Both the position numbers and the translations under genes were made by a program. This document shows, piece by piece, positions 12,637-23,421 of a stretch of 44,687 bases of DNA. The stretch's first letter is position 1; each line of letters opens with the position of its first letter. The notes below the pieces were generated by a model. It made no database searches. It saw only the letters and a program-made list of their open reading frames with translations, and was not told the DNA's origin. The stretch is from Octopus bimaculoides (Eukaryota): the NCBI RefSeq assembly GCF_001194135.2, contig NC_068985.1, positions 5,965,967 through 6,010,653 on the forward strand, written 5' to 3'.

Positions 12637-12739
12637 GCATTAAAGATACAGAGCCAATGGTGCTAGGAGTAAAGACCCTAGATAAGGATTCGTACGTGTG
12701 GCGCCTAGTAGTGTTAGGAGTAGTGTTAGATAATGTAGT
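12637..12739 (-). other. Candidate Thr/Ser-rich internal exon (TTLSNTTPNTTRRHTYESLSRVFTPSTIGSVSLM), unverified
   Basis: Acceptor CTTTTATTTTATACAAG, donor C|GTAAAT, 103 nt with one open frame. No homology recognised. Confidence 0.18.
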
Positions 12740-13523
12740 CTTGTATAAAATAAAAGATGGAATCGTCAAATCAGAAACGATTTTTGTTTATATCTTGCTG
12801 TATGTCTGATAATAAGAACTGCAGACAGTAAAAGAAAATACGAAGTACCAAACAGACAGATAAAATAGTAATCGTTCTTAACGATCATTGCCATGCGAAT
12901 AAAACTAAAAAAACACACAAAAAAGAAAGAATCAAAAATATATTTAAAAAATCGCAGTTTGGATAATTATATATAGAAACACTGTTTTGAAATCATGTTA
13001 TATTCTGTTCCCTACACAAATATACATGAAATAAAAAATAGAGATGAAGATACATCCCGCAATACACAGCTGTAAACTCCTTTATCGATTCCTTACATGA
13101 AAGACAGATTTTGCGCTGAGGTGAAAAGAAGATCAAACGATATATGATAGAATAGATTCTACTGATTTTCTATTTAACCGACTTTACGTATTCTAGTTCA
13201 CATAAATTATGTAATACAAACACTACACTGATTACCTCGCCATCCATTATTTACAAGCTTTCACTTTCATCTCCCTCGAAATACCATCACCAAGTTATGT
13301 AGCGGAAGGAAATGAAGAATCATATTTACTATGATACTATTACTATTGTAAATCCATGGTTGGGCAGCTGCTGAAGTAGAAGGCTTTTCAGCAGCTATCG
13401 AATATACTTTACCTCAATCCAATTCCTTCATAATTTTCAACTTTAGATAATACATACACACATACACGCATATATACATATGTATAAATGTATATATATA
13501 TATATGTTTGTATGCATAAAGTG

Positions 13524-13588
<65 letters not shown>

Positions 13589-13599
13589 ACAGACCCGAA

Positions 13600-14410
13600 G
13601 TCACTGCAGTCCCAGAGTCACATTCAGTGTAAAGGGGTAAGACTTGGGGATCAGTGTGTGTAATGGTGCGTCAATTCATATGCACATTACTAAGATGGCA
13701 GCAAAGTACAGACAACTGATAGGATGGATACTCAGGTCCTTCAGGACAGGAGATCAAGAAGTTATGTTGATTCTGTGCAGGACCTTTTTTGTCAGCCGCC
13801 TGGTCTACTGCTCTCAGCTATGGCCACTACATAGTGCCAAACTAACAGTGGAGCTTGAAGTGGTCCAGCTTCACTGGACTAAAAGATTGAATCATTGCAG
13901 CTGATGTGTTCCAAGGAGCGGCTGAAAAACTGCAACTGCAACTTCACTTTGTGGAGCGAAGGCCTGACAGATATGTGATAATCTACATATGGAAAACTTT
14001 AGAACAGTCAGTACTTAATTTCGGCATTGAATGTTATACAAATGCCAGACCTGGACGCCATTGTATTGTACCAAATGTACCATCCACTCTATCTGAATTC
14101 AGGAGCATGTACCTCGATAGCCTAGTGTTCAAAGGCCCTGCCACAGAAATTAAGAGATCTACAGAATGTGGGCATAGATGTCTTCAAATAGGAACTAGAC
14201 ATCCTCCTCTCCACAATACCGGATAAACCGACGGCACCGCAAGAGGTACAGACGAGGCCAGCGGTGTCAAACTAGGTCATACAGGAGTGGTGATATGAAA
14301 CCCCCAGCCTGAAGAAATTAGACAAAGGATAATAATAAGTAACGGTGTAAAACCTCGGTGGTGCTCCAGCATGACCCTAGCCGTGTAGATGACAAAAAAT
14401 AAAAAAATAA
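13600..14410 (+). mobile_element. 5'-truncated CR1-group LINE (RT C-terminus and 3' UTR), frameshifted
   Basis: DLGISV...RQLIGWILRSFRT...SRLVYCSQLWP...ELEVVQ / VERRPDRYVIIYIWK...RPGRHCIVP...LVFKGP, ending GGTGGTGCTCCAGCATG...(AAAAAAT)n. Confidence 0.85.
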
Positions 14411-14442
14411 AGTATTTTATTCTTTTATTCTTCCAAATATCA

Positions 14443-14745
14443 TCGTCATCATCATCGTCATTTAACGTCCGCTTTCCATGCTAGCATGGGTTAGACGATT
14501 TGACTGAGGACTGGTGAAACCAGATGGCTACACCAGGCTCCAATCTGATTTGGCAGAGTTTCTACAGCTGGATGCCCTTCCTAACGCCAACCACTCAGAG
14601 AGTGTAGTGGGTGCTTTTACGTGCCACCGGCACGAAGGCCGGTCAGGCGGTATTGGCAACGGCTACGCTCAAAATGGTGTATTTTACGTGCCACCTGCAC
14701 AGGAGCCAGTCCATCGGCACTGGCAACGATCTCGCTCGAATGTCT
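14443..14745 (-). mobile_element. SINE-like element with a (GAT)n tail and an internal 67-bp tandem duplication
   Basis: The reverse complement contains GTTGGCGTTAGGAAGGGCATCCAGCTGTAGAAAC...AGCATGGAAAGCGGACGTTAAATGACGATGATG. Units starting TTTTACGTGCCACC occur at 14615 and 14682. Confidence 0.7.
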
Positions 14746-15204
14746 TATATTTGTATAAAATGTTTAATGCAGCTGGAATGCTGTGAAATTATGACGTTGA
14801 GTTTCTTTCAATATTATCAACAACTGAAGATGTTTATAGATGTCTTCGTAATTTACTCAGTGTTTCGTATTCGTGCTTGTTCAAAATAGTAATAGTAAAA
14901 ATGATACTAATAATAAATTGGAAATAGGAAGAATTCGGAGCTTGTGAACAGTAAAGGTGGTGCCTATAATAATTGGTACGTTGGGAATAGTAAGCCAATT
15001 GTGGCTCTGTTACAGTTTTGCACCTCTGACAATCGGTCACATCAAAGAAATTTTCTTGATCTCGTTTCTGAGAAGAGATGTCTTATCTGAGGCAATGTAA
15101 GTCTTTGTGCTTTGAATTGAAGAATAGGTCGAGAGGCAACCCTGTCGCAAGGCCATCGGTCAAGAGGACTTACCTAAACGCAGCTTACATTTCCTCCTAA
15201 ACTT

Positions 15205-15497
15205 TTCTTTCATTTATTTCAGTCATTAGACTGCGGCCATACTGGGGCGACGGCTTTAAGAAGTTTTAGTGGAATGAATCGATTCAGGTACATAATTTAA
15301 AGCCTCGTACTCATTCCGCCAGACTGGTTTGCCGAACCGCTATGTGGCGATGACATAAGTAAAATACATACACAATTCTAAACACACACACACTCACACA
15401 CACACACGCACACACACGACCAGCTTCTTTCAGTTTCCGTCTACACATTCCACTCAACAGGCTTTGGTCGGCTAGGGGCTGTACCAGAAGACAAGTG
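15205..15497 (-). mobile_element. SINE family A, lacking the tRNA head
   Basis: TTCAGTCATTAGACTGCGGCCATACTGGGG...CCGAACCGCT...(CA)n...CTTTCAGTTTCCGTCTAC...GGCTTTGGTCGG. Confidence 0.8.
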
Positions 15498-15589
15498 TCT
15501 GTAGAATATCGTGTCTCCCTGATTAAGCTTCATAGCTTCTGTTGTTATCGCTCTTTCATGGTCTGAACGATATTCGGAGACAATCAGCA

Positions 15590-15700
15590 GCAGCTGCAGC
15601 TACTACCGATCGTAACCGTGATGATGATGATGATGACGATAACGATGATGGTGAAGATGGTGGTAGTATGCTGATGAGGGTCGTGATAATGATTATGTTG
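15590..15700. repeat. Degenerate (GAT)n/(GCA)n trinucleotide tract
   Basis: GCAGCAGCTGCAGC...GATGATGATGATGATGACGATAACGATGATGG seen directly. Confidence 0.8.
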
Positions 15701-15725
15701 ATCTTTGTTGTGTTCCTGGACCTAA

Positions 15726-15760
<35 letters not shown>

Positions 15761-16542
15761 NNNNNNNNNNNNNNNNNNNNNNNNNNNNNNNNNNNNNNNN
15801 NNNNNNNNNNNTAGGAATGAGATATTTCTATATAGCCATACATTGCGTAAAACAATATTTTTCATTCCCTACTTCCCATTACATTTGCTTTTCTCCCTTT
15901 ATTTGTTTAATGGTATCAACGTTATTAATGCTATGACTAGTTCCATTGTAATAATAGGCTAAGGTATCTCAAATGATACCAAGTAACAACCCAATTTGTA
16001 CACAGCTCCTTACGGAGGTAAATTCACCAATCAAAAAATTAGGAATATAAGAAGAAAAAACTAAAATAGCTTACGGAATAAAAAAAAGAAAAAAGTTAAG
16101 ATTGGAAAAAGACACAGAAATATACAAAGATAAGGACTGCGTGTGGTAGATACAGATCCGACATAAGTACAAGGAAGAGTAAAATCGAATTAGCTAGATT
16201 AGGTACCTCTTCATATCCCAGTAGAAAATGTCAAGTGGAGTAATGCGGAGTAATAAGATGGATTATACACATAAAAATCAATGTAAAATCTTATTTACAT
16301 TTGAGGAACTCCCCCACAAACAAGCGTACATATGCATATACATAGATGCATACATGCGTACACATATATATGCGTACACACATACATTTATAAATATATA
16401 TACATATATATATACATATATATAAGTAACTACGGATCTATAAATTAACTAATTTCGTTTAACGGCTACACACAGAATGTGCACATGTCATATATATATG
16501 TATGTATAAGTATATGTATGTATATAAATATTCCTCTCTCTC

Positions 16543-16629
<87 letters not shown>

Positions 16630-17462
16630 TATGTTGGTACAGGACGTCATAAAACGTAAACAACATGAAATACAAAATACGAATACATGGAATATGAAAT
16701 TTGTTTGCGAACAACGAAAGGAACAAATGGAAAACAAGACAAGCAACATAAAGAACGACCCTTCATCAGTGGTCGGCTGTTTTATCTACTACACATTTAA
16801 TGCAATTACGACAAGATGTGTCTTCGAGAAACAGCTACTCCCGCAAAGCAAAATAAAATTTGAGATTTGCGGGACAGTGAAAGGAAACAGTAAGGGCTGC
16901 TAAGCCATAACCAAGTAAGGTGGCGAACGCTGGAGAAACAACGTTTCGCGGGAGAAATGATAGGAGACAGACAACTATACGTATAATCTGTGTGGCAGAT
17001 CAAAAGGAGAGAAAGAAGTTCAAGTTAGGAAAAGAAAGATGGCTGGTGGTCACGTGTGAGTAATGAGAGAGTAAAGGAGGAAGAGAGAAGAACAGACAGA
17101 GGACGGTTAAGGGGAGAGGAAAAGAATTAGGAAAAGGATGAGAGAGAAGAAAAGAAAAGGGGAGAAGTGGCGATAAAGCGAATTAGATAATGAAAGAGAG
17201 AAGAAACGAAGGGGAGAGACAACAGTACAGGGAGTCGCATCATATTTATATATGTATATAAACATGTATATATATATATATATAAGTGTAAATATATATA
17301 CATATATATTTATTTATATATATACACATGCATACATACATGTGTATACACACACACACACACATATATACGTGTGTCACTGTATCAATTACATATATAC
17401 ACATGAATATATACATACGAATTTATGCTGATGAGCAGCGACATCTAGGAAGCCAAGTTACT

Positions 17463-17503
17463 CCACGCTGATAAAGGGCAATAACTCTGAAACTAGTCTG
17501 TGG
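17463..17503 (+). ncRNA. Minimal type I hammerhead ribozyme motif with a G8A core change (probably inactive relic)
   Basis: CCACG-CTGATAA-AGGG-CAATAA-CTCT-GAAAC-TA-GTC-TGTGG. Stem I is CCACG/TGTGG, stem II is AGGG/CTCT, stem III is the palindrome ACTAGT, cleavage triplet GUC. Confidence 0.6.
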
Positions 17504-17689
17504 GTGCTAGGTTTTGCTCGTTGGAGGTGCTAAACCCCACTGTTCGAAAACATAAGGACACAACGTTTGTGTCGTATAGCCCGCTAGAAACGATGTGGAT
17601 GCTTGGTTTTGCTGGGTAGAGGTGCTAATCTCCCCTGTTCGAAAACATAAGGACGCAACGTTTGTGTCGTATAGCTAGCTAGAAACAAT
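17500..17689 (+). repeat. Two-copy tandem repeat with a 95-bp unit
   Basis: Units 17500-17594 and 17595-17689 share CTGTTCGAAAACATAAGGAC.CAACGTTTGTGTCGTATAGC..GCTAGAAAC. Confidence 0.9.
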
Positions 17690-17714
17690 ATTTCTTAGGG
17701 CTAAAAAACAAACT

Positions 17715-18200
17715 GACTAGACGTTTTTTGAAGACTTCCAGATCTCTGATGTTCTGTGGTAGGGCATTAAAAGGATGTGGTCTCTTGAATTCACAGCTAT
17801 TACAATATTGGATTCATATCCTCAATGGAGATGACCTTTGGTACTGTGCAGTGCCGTCCAGTTCGGGGATTGTTGTAGTTTTCGATTCCGAAATTTGGAG
17901 CTAAACTCGCCATTATTTTCCCGATGTATAGCACTGCATATCTCTCACGTCTCCTTTCCAGGGCGCAGAGTCCCGGCTCCTTCAAGCTCTCCCCGCAGCC
18001 CATGTGTTTTACTGAGTCTATCTTCTTTGTGAAGTGACGTTGGATCGCCTCTAGTTCAGCAACTAGTTTTACACTCCGTGGGGACCACAGTTGGGAACGC
18101 TATTGCAGGAGACTGGGGGCAAAGGTTCTCCAAAGCAGAATAATTGTGCTTCTGTTCATGGACTTGAAGGATCTAAAGAGACAAGCTGCCACCCGCCTGC
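17715..18200 (-). mobile_element. CR1-group LINE RT C-terminal fragment (same family as 13600-14410)
   Basis: LFRSFKS...LLWRTF...RSQLWSPRSVKLVAELEAIQRHFTKKI...LERRRERYAVLYIGK...RTGRHCTVPKV...FNALPQNIRDLEVFKKRL, with stops. Confidence 0.85.
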
Positions 18201-18228
18201 ATATCATTGCTATCTGAGCAATGCGCAT

Positions 18229-18896
18229 ATATTGAGAAAAAAAAGACGTCAGAATTCTTGAAAAAAGTCTGTTTATTTCTTTATTATTATTATTAGAAGT
18301 TTCGTACGTTTCTCGAACTTGTCAAATAAAATTTTGTAAATATTCAAACAACTCGTCATTTATATAAAACATGTTTTTTTTGGGGTTTTGTTTTGACGAA
18401 GCGAACGTTGTATTTGTTTTTTGGCGGTGTGAGGTTCCTTGAAAACGGAGATAGATGATTAGAAATATAGGTAGATAGGCTGATAGATAGATAGATAGAT
18501 AAGTAGACAGATAGATAAATAGTCAGACAGATATATAGGTAGAGAGAGAAAGGGGATTCCCCTTCTTATTCACTCTTCATGAATAGAAAGGGGGATAGGA
18601 AGGGGATCCTCCTCTCTCTCTATCTGTCTATCTATCTATCTAATATCAGTCTATCTACCTACCTATATTTCTATTTATCTATCTCCATTGTCACGGAACC
18701 TAACCAGAAACAACAAAAAAACAATGTTTTCTTCTAAACAAAACCCCCAAGAAACATGTTTTATATAAATGAACAAGTTGTTTGTACATTCACAAAATTA
18801 TTTTTGACAAGTTCAAGAAATGAAACGAAATAATAATGAAGAAATAAAAAAGATGTTTTTTTTTCCCAAAATTCTGACGACTTGTTTTCTCAATAT
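18229..18896. mobile_element. 668-bp foldback (MITE-like) element that is palindromic over its whole length, with (GATA)n/(TATC)n arms
   Basis: ATATTGAGAAAA..GACGTCAGAATT pairs with AATTCTGACGAC..TTTTCTCAATAT. CATTTATATAAAACATGTTT, GAACTTGTCAAA and GGAGATAGAT are mirrored in both arms. The centre is near 18570. Confidence 0.85.
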
Positions 18897-18944
18897 TCAA
18901 TTTCTCTACACCACACCTAACACTCTATATAGATACATAGATAT

Positions 18945-19105
18945 ATTTTTCTCTCCTTGTTTCTTTCTGTGTTCATTTCTGTTGATGAGCGTAGGCTCGA
19001 AATGTTAAAGACTTTCTCTATTGCCGAGCGTTATACTAATACATCCATTTGTTGTCTACGCCACCTGTCTTCGTCTGTTGTTTTTTTTCATGAATTCTCC
19101 CTATG
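18945..19105 (+). mobile_element. Family C short repeat with a hammerhead-like motif, copy 3
   Basis: ATTT-CTGTTGA-T-GAGC-GTAG-GCTC-GAAAT-GTT-AAAG (18975-19010); the element ends in (TATG)n. Confidence 0.75.
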
Positions 19106-19627
19106 TATGTATGTATGTATGTATGTACGTATGCATGTACGTATGTACGTATGTATGTATATATANNNNNNNNNNNNNNNNNNNNNNNNNNNNNNNNNNN
19201 NNNNNNNNNNNNNNNNNNNNNNNNNNNNNNNNNNNNNNNNNNNNNNNNNNNNNNNNNNNNNNNNNNNNNNNNNNNNNNNNNNNNNNNNNNNNNNNNNNNN
19301 NNNNNNNNNNNNNNNNNNNNNNNNNNNNNNNNNNNNNNNNNNNNNNNNNNNNNNNNNNNNNNNNNNNNNNNNNNNNNNNNNNNNNNNNNNNNNNNNNNNN
19401 NNNNNNNNNNNNNNNNNNNNNNNNNNNNNNNNNNNNNNNNNNNNNNNNNNNNNNNNNNNNNNNNNNNNNNNNNNNNNNNNNNNNNNNNNNNNNNNNNNNN
19501 NNNNNNNNNNNNNNNNNNNNNNNNNNNNNNNNNNNNNNNNNNNNNNNNNNNNNNNNNNNNNNNNNNNNNNNNNNNNNNNNNNNNNNNNNNNNNNNNNNNN
19601 NNNNNNNNNNNNNNNNNNNNNNNNNNN

Positions 19628-19654
<27 letters not shown>

Positions 19655-19659
<5 letters not shown>

Positions 19660-19864
19660 TTATGTGTCTGTGTTTGTCCCCCAACATCTCATGACAACCA
19701 ATGCTGGTGTGTTTACGTCCCCGTAACTTAACGGTTCGGCAAAATAGACCGACAGATTAAGTACTAGGCTTACAAAGAATAAGTGCTGGGGTCGATTTGC
19801 TCGACTAAAGGCGGTGCTCCAGCATGGCCACAATCAAATGGCTGAAACGAGTAAAAGAGTAAAA
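19655..19864 (+). mobile_element. SINE family A, 3' half
   Basis: TGTTTGTCCCCC...GTGTTTACGTCCCCGTAACTT...GGGGTCGATTTGCTCGACTAAAGGCGGTGCTCCAGCATGGCCAC...(GAGTAAAA)n. Confidence 0.9.
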
Positions 19865-20733
19865 CAGGGGACCATGGAAAGTATGTAATGAATAAAACAA
19901 GGTAGGGCGGAATGTTTAAGCATGGCTTCATGGTTTTATGGTGAAAAAGCGTAAATTGGTACAAGAAAGAAAAAAAATCAAAAAGACAATGAAGAGGTGG
20001 AGGTGTATGTAGGTGTTTGTATTTGTACGCTTACGGGTGGGGGTGATTAGAAGGTAGAGGGAGTAGTAATATATCCATACATACTTACCTTTGTCCCTCA
20101 CGACTAAAAATATTACCCCAACTCTCTCCCCTCCAATTTCTCTTCTGTTCAAATGCCAATCCCACTTTTGAAGTCTGTGATTAAACTAAAACCATTAATT
20201 CCTCCTTTGTCTCAATCCCCTTTATTTTATTTTATTTTATCTATTTATTTATTTCTCTTCCTCTCCTTTCTTCCCTTTTTCAATTAATTATTTCTCCCCC
20301 CCCCCACGTACTGTACCCTTCACTCTTTCGATTGAAACTTCTTTGCGTCAACATGTACTCCGTTGCGACAACGAAGCCTTTTATCTAATCAAGAGGTCTA
20401 TGGCCTGAAGAGTAACCGGCGGAATACACCGCACTTGGATTTTACCACTTCCGATGTTCCACTGGCTACGAAACACATCTAGCCCGGATTTCTCATACTC
20501 CATTCCGTAACTCTTGTACTGCTTTTCGCACACTCGGCAACCCTAGTTGCCTACCGAGGAATATAAGAGGAACCTTTTTTCAGGACATCGTTCTTCGATA
20601 AAAGAAGAAAAAAAATCCGCAACCTTCCGTCTCAATAAACCGCTATTGTTCCTGAAAGTTGTTTTTTATATTCACTATGGATTGCTTGAAGCTAACTTTC
20701 TTGCTACACCTCAATCCCTGGATCTCTTACACC

Positions 20734-20804
<71 letters not shown>

Positions 20805-21069
20805 TATATGCATATACATAAGCGTGAACGCTCAGCTTATAACAAGAATATTGCCTTCACAACTTTTCATTGCTTGCTCTCATGTTAACGTTTGGCCTTC
20901 TGAACTGTCACTACAAAAACATGAGATAGAATTCCGATCCCGCAAACTGATCGGTGCTACAAGAAAAAATAACACCAATTGATATATAGGGACGCTATAC
21001 TTCCCGTGCGAATTTTAACCGAGAATGATATGATTATAATACATCAATAGTCCCAGTTGATCGAGCTTG

Positions 21070-21250
21070 AGCATTCAGCTGTAGCGTACAACGATATTTT
21101 GGACGAGATGGCTTAAGATTCTCTACCTACACGCCTTTTTTACCAACAGTAAACGGAGAAAAGAGATAGAAGGATGAATATGCGAGTGTGTATCATTGAT
21201 TCCGTGTAACATCTTCCATCATTTTACCGACAGACGCGAGTCAGGAACTT
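21070..21250 (+). mobile_element. Possible very old RTE-type LINE RT C-terminal fragment
   Basis: Broken frame QRYFG..MA.DSLPTRLFYQQ.TEKRDRR resembles RTE LRWxGHxxRMxxxRLPKxLFYGEL. Similarity is weak. Confidence 0.3.
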
Positions 21251-22848
21251 CGTGGTTAATATGCTAAGATCGCAGATCCCATCAGGAAGTACCAGGTCAA
21301 TGACAATTTGTAGCCCTCTTCGTAGTATCCTTTATGCTTCTCTTTCTCCTACTCTCTTTTACTTGTTTTTGTCATTTTATTGTGGCCGTTCTTGGGCACA
21401 CCTATATAAATATATTCGACGTGCTTCTTTCAGGTTGCACAATCAGGTTGCACATAAGTTGCAGAAATACACTACAAAGGCCAGTCCAATATGTGTACAT
21501 TACCATTGTTCTCTTGTATCTACACATGGTTTAACAGCAACGAAAGTAAATGTCATTAACTGAGTCGGAATATATGTTAATAGGTCCTTTTCCTCAAAAA
21601 TAGCTTATAAGCCAACTGTGAAATATGATATATGTTTGAAAAGCTGGAAATAATTCGTCTGAAGAAGATAACGAAAGTCAGATCTATTGTCTATATGCAG
21701 GCAATAAATCAAAATTTTCTCAGAGACCTTAGCTGGATACGGGTAATTTCCTAATGAAGTCGCTCGTGTGTAACTATTGATACACTAGAAAATCATCCAT
21801 ATAAATATAAGCGAGACTATACATCTTCTTTGTTAACTTTAATATCTTATTCCAATGCAATATATCACTGTCTCTTACTATAAAATCCAGACTACTAATG
21901 CGTTGATGATGTAATATCACTAATATATTACTGTAGACTGAGAAATATTGCAAACTTACAAATGCTTCACCTTCACAGAATAATGCTGTGAACAGGAAGT
22001 CGAAGTGTAGTTTAGTGGTTACCTGTGTGGAGATCGAATGATCTTTCCTAAGAATGAATGGAACGAATGACAAAAAACCCATTACTACAGACGACACTCA
22101 TCTATCAATATATTGCCTCTTCTACTCTGTATCACTGGCGTTGCTATCTCGCCACAGTTATGTATCTTTGTCTTTGCAAGATAATTACCGTAGCCTCCAC
22201 ATTATCTATTTCATTAATTTAACTCGGGCCATTTGTCAAAATTGATGTGTTTTAGGAACTGAAAAAGTCTTTTGATCATGATATTTATTGAGAGTCCATT
22301 AAATCAATGTCTACGATCTCTAAATCGAGACATTGATCTGTTTAATAAGGTAGTATCAAAATTCTGCATGAATTATTGATCATCATACGATTCATTGATC
22401 GACTTCAGAAGATACTTTTATGAAATTTTATATACCATTAAGCTCATTAGCAATCGGTGAAATTAGTCTCATGAGTGGTTCTAACAGCAGCATTAAACTG
22501 GTTTCCTTGTCAACAAAATATAAAATACTTATTATTATTTTTTTTCATAATGAAACATTATATATGATGAAAATAATATTCTTGTCAAACGAATTCTTAA
22601 CCCAGTATATCCAGAGCATAGTAAAATTAATGTGTTAGAATAGATTGTATACAAATGATTAGATAGAAATACCAACATTTTAAAGAAGTGCAGTACATAT
22701 ATACAATAAAGAACAGATTTGTAATTTTATCTTCGTAGTTGAAGACGGAATTTGAACTGTTCCAATGCATTCAGGATCAGTGTTAGTGAACAGTTAGCCA
22801 ACGGTTTATATGTACCCCAGCATAATGTTATTACATTAATACGCAAAA

Positions 22849-23250
22849 CGTGCAGACATTGCTGTGTGATAAGAAACGTCCTTCCCCACCTCATGATCCC
22901 TAGTTCAGTCCCACTGCGTGGCACCTTTGGCACCTGGCTTCTACTATAGGATCGGGCCGGCCAAAGTCTTGTCAGTGAATTTGGAAAGCGGAAAGATAAA
23001 GTAACTCGTTGTGTGTGTGCGTTTTTGTCGGTGTTTCTCCCCTCCATCACTTGCCAACCGGCGTTGGTGTATTTACGTCTCCGTAATGTATCAGTTCGGC
23101 AAAAGTTATAGCGATTTAATAAGTAACAGACTTTAAAAAACAAAACAAAAAAAAAACGCTGGATTCAATTCATTCGACTAAAATTCTTCAAGGCGTTGCC
23201 CCAGCATGGTCGCAGTTCAAAGACTAAAATAAGTAAAAGATAAAATAAAT
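22849..23250 (+). mobile_element. SINE family A, full-length decayed copy
   Basis: tRNA-like head with B-box-like AGTTCAGTCCC (22902-22912), body, short (TG)n, and tail GCCCCAGCATGGTCGCAG...AAGTAAAAGATAAAA. Confidence 0.85.
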
Positions 23251-23340
23251 TAAAGTAGAGTTTCATCATCGGCCCCAGTGAGGTACTGTCTCTCCACTGG
23301 GGTCTTTATTTTGTTTCTGACCCTAGACCAAGGCTGATCA

Positions 23341-23421
23341 TTATTCTTTTCTACTCAAGGCACAAGGCCCGAATTTTTGGCGGAGGGAGCCAACCGATTA
23401 GATCGACCCCAGGACGCAACT
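23341..23421 (-). mobile_element. SINE family B, 3' end
   Basis: TTCTACTCAAGGCACAAGGCCCG...GATTAGATCGACCCCAG, the same tail as 24872-25087. Confidence 0.75.

Noticed and set aside
15542-15814. ORF with poly-Ala and poly-Asp
   Set aside because: A product of (GCA)n/(GAT)n repeats that runs into (TA)n and a gap.
16750-16775. CTGATGAAG on the minus strand as a hammerhead core
   Set aside because: No stem II or GAAA follows; the flanks pair with each other instead.
17500-17689. CRISPR-like array
   Set aside because: Only two contiguous 95-bp units with no unique spacers, in a eukaryotic context.
21659-21684. CTGAAGAAG...GAAAGTC as a hammerhead
   Set aside because: Stem II would be 1 bp, stem III is absent and stem I does not pair.
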